From a virus (Duplodnaviria > Heunggongvirae > Uroviricota > Caudoviricetes), in the IMG/VR virus record IMGVR_UViG_2737471826_000010, positions 1 to 35,432 of that record: DNA of 35,432 bases; one strand, given 5' to 3'. Of this stretch, positions 34,362-35,432 are shown in pieces. Both the position numbers and the translations under genes were made by a program. Position 1 is the stretch's first letter. The number at the start of each line of letters is the position of its first letter. A model generated the notes under the pieces. It made no database searches, was not told the DNA's origin, and was given only the letters and a program-made list of their open reading frames with translations.

Positions 34362-34901
34362 TTAATTAAACCAGCTGTCCGATTTGTTCTCTTCTGCTTT
34401 GCCCACGCTTTTCATCAGATCTCGACCGCCCTCAGTCATATTCCTGTTTGCGTCAGCTTCAGATTGCACCACATCGGTTTGCGCAGCTTTGTGCTTCAGT
34501 TCCTGATCGATAAATTCGTTTTCTCGCTTAACGCGGGCTTCTTCTTTCGCCAGCGCCAGTTTTTGTTTCTGAATCTCTAAGCTGCGTAGCTCATCTTGAT
34601 AACTTTGATCGCGTTTTTTGTCCGCAGAGGCTTCGGCGTCCAGTTTATCCTGACGAGCTTTCTTATTTGCCGCTGCCGTTGCCGCTCTTTTGTTAGCGGC
34701 GGCCTGGGCGTTTGCGCGACGTTGCTTCTCTTGCTGGATTTCCCTGTTGCGCTCCGCGACCCATTCGTCATGCTGCCTTTGCTCTTCATTTTTACCTTGC
34801 TGTTCCGCTTCTGCGACAGCAGAGAGTTGATCCTGCAATGATGAGGCGATAGCCGGATAGCTTAAGGAAGCTAAGATGGCGCAAAGAAAAACTTTCTTCA
34901 T
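34362..34901 (-). CDS. secreted coiled-coil protein (probable host flank or terminal moron)
   Basis: 179 aa with signal peptide MKKVFLCAILASLSYPAIA and Lys/Glu/Ala/Gln-rich helical body. Confidence 0.55.
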   Translation of the reverse strand: MKKVFLCAILASLSYPAIASSLQDQLSAVAEAEQQGKNEEQRQHDEWVAERNREIQQEKQRRANAQAAANKRAATAAANKKARQDKLDAEASADKKRDQSYQDELRSLEIQKQKLALAKEEARVKRENEFIDQELKHKAAQTDVVQSEADANRNMTEGGRDLMKSVGKAEENKSDSWFN

Positions 34902-34916
34902 GACTCCTCCTGATTA

Positions 34917-35432
34917 TTAGCTCTTTTCAGGACATTTGGTATTTGGCTGAATACGCGTTTCGTTATACGTCGTGGTAATAACAACGGCTAAACCTGTCGT
35001 AAACTGGCACTCTTTACCCACCTGGGTGGAGGTATACACTTTGGTGCCTTCCTTATACGTTAGAGAAACACCTTCCACTAAGGTTTTATCATTCACCATA
35101 GAACCCGCTGCCGCGCCAACAGCTCCGCCGCCAACTGCACCTGCCGTCGTTCCGGAATTGCTGCCAGACCCGACGTTGTGGCCAATAACACCGCCAGCGA
35201 CTGCACCAATAAGCGCGCCGAAGGCTTGTGCGTTTCGTTTATTTTGGGAGTTGTCTACGGCAACTTTTGCGGGAAGAATGGAAATAATATTAACGGTTTT
35301 AGTTTCTTGTTTGGTATTCAGTTGATCGGTTTGATAAACATCGGCGGCATGATCATCAGCATTTGACTGGCATCCTGCCAGAGTGAATGACGCTAACATT
35401 ACCACAGGCAGAAGACATTTTTTAAATTTCAT
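34917..35432 (-). CDS. glycine-zipper lipoprotein (YcfJ-like family), probable host flank
   Basis: Lipobox LAGC in signal peptide; glycine-zipper GALIGAVAGGVIGHNVGSGSNSGTTAGAVGGGAVGAAAG; start codon is the last triplet of the window. Confidence 0.6.
   Translation of the reverse strand: MKFKKCLLPVVMLASFTLAGCQSNADDHAADVYQTDQLNTKQETKTVNIISILPAKVAVDNSQNKRNAQAFGALIGAVAGGVIGHNVGSGSNSGTTAGAVGGGAVGAAAGSMVNDKTLVEGVSLTYKEGTKVYTSTQVGKECQFTTGLAVVITTTYNETRIQPNTKCPEKS

Noticed and set aside
1-35432. CRISPR arrays, insertion sequences, integrase or excisionase
   Set aside because: No regularly spaced direct repeats, no transposase-like ORF with terminal inverted repeats, and no tyrosine or serine recombinase ORF were seen; the integrase is presumably left of the window.

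Overview
Almost the whole window (about 1..34150) is one temperate-phage prophage of an enterobacterial type; the last ~1.1 kb (34362..35432) carries two envelope-protein genes that are probably host flank. Everything below is from reading the sequence and ORF track by eye; no database search or computation was run, so family names are from memory and need confirmation. Gene order: a leftward early operon (two small ORFs, RecE-like exonuclease, RecT, driven from a PL-like promoter), a CI-like repressor and Cro diverging around a three-site operator, O/P-type replication genes with iteron repeats inside the O-like gene, a cluster of small early genes, terS/terL, a moron carrying an argU-like tRNA-Arg(UCU), a podovirus-type virion block (T7-like connector, scaffold, capsid, tail tubular A/B-like, internal ejection proteins), an AT-rich accessory island (lipoprotein, small secreted peptide, YafO-like toxin pair, two antirepressor genes), a mosaic tailspike, and a holin/GH19 endolysin/Rz-Rz1 lysis cassette. 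The most interesting signals are (1) a 15-bp palindrome TTACC-N5-GGTAA found as 10 perfect intergenic copies across the prophage, not only at the immunity region; (2) a near-consensus LexA box directly upstream of a small antirepressor-domain gene, next to a Bro-N antirepressor, while the repressor shows no peptidase motif; (3) a 12-bp palindrome GTGACATGTCAC paired with a terminator at three module boundaries; (4) a YafO-like toxin with an unrecognised upstream partner. No integrase, CRISPR array or transposase was seen.
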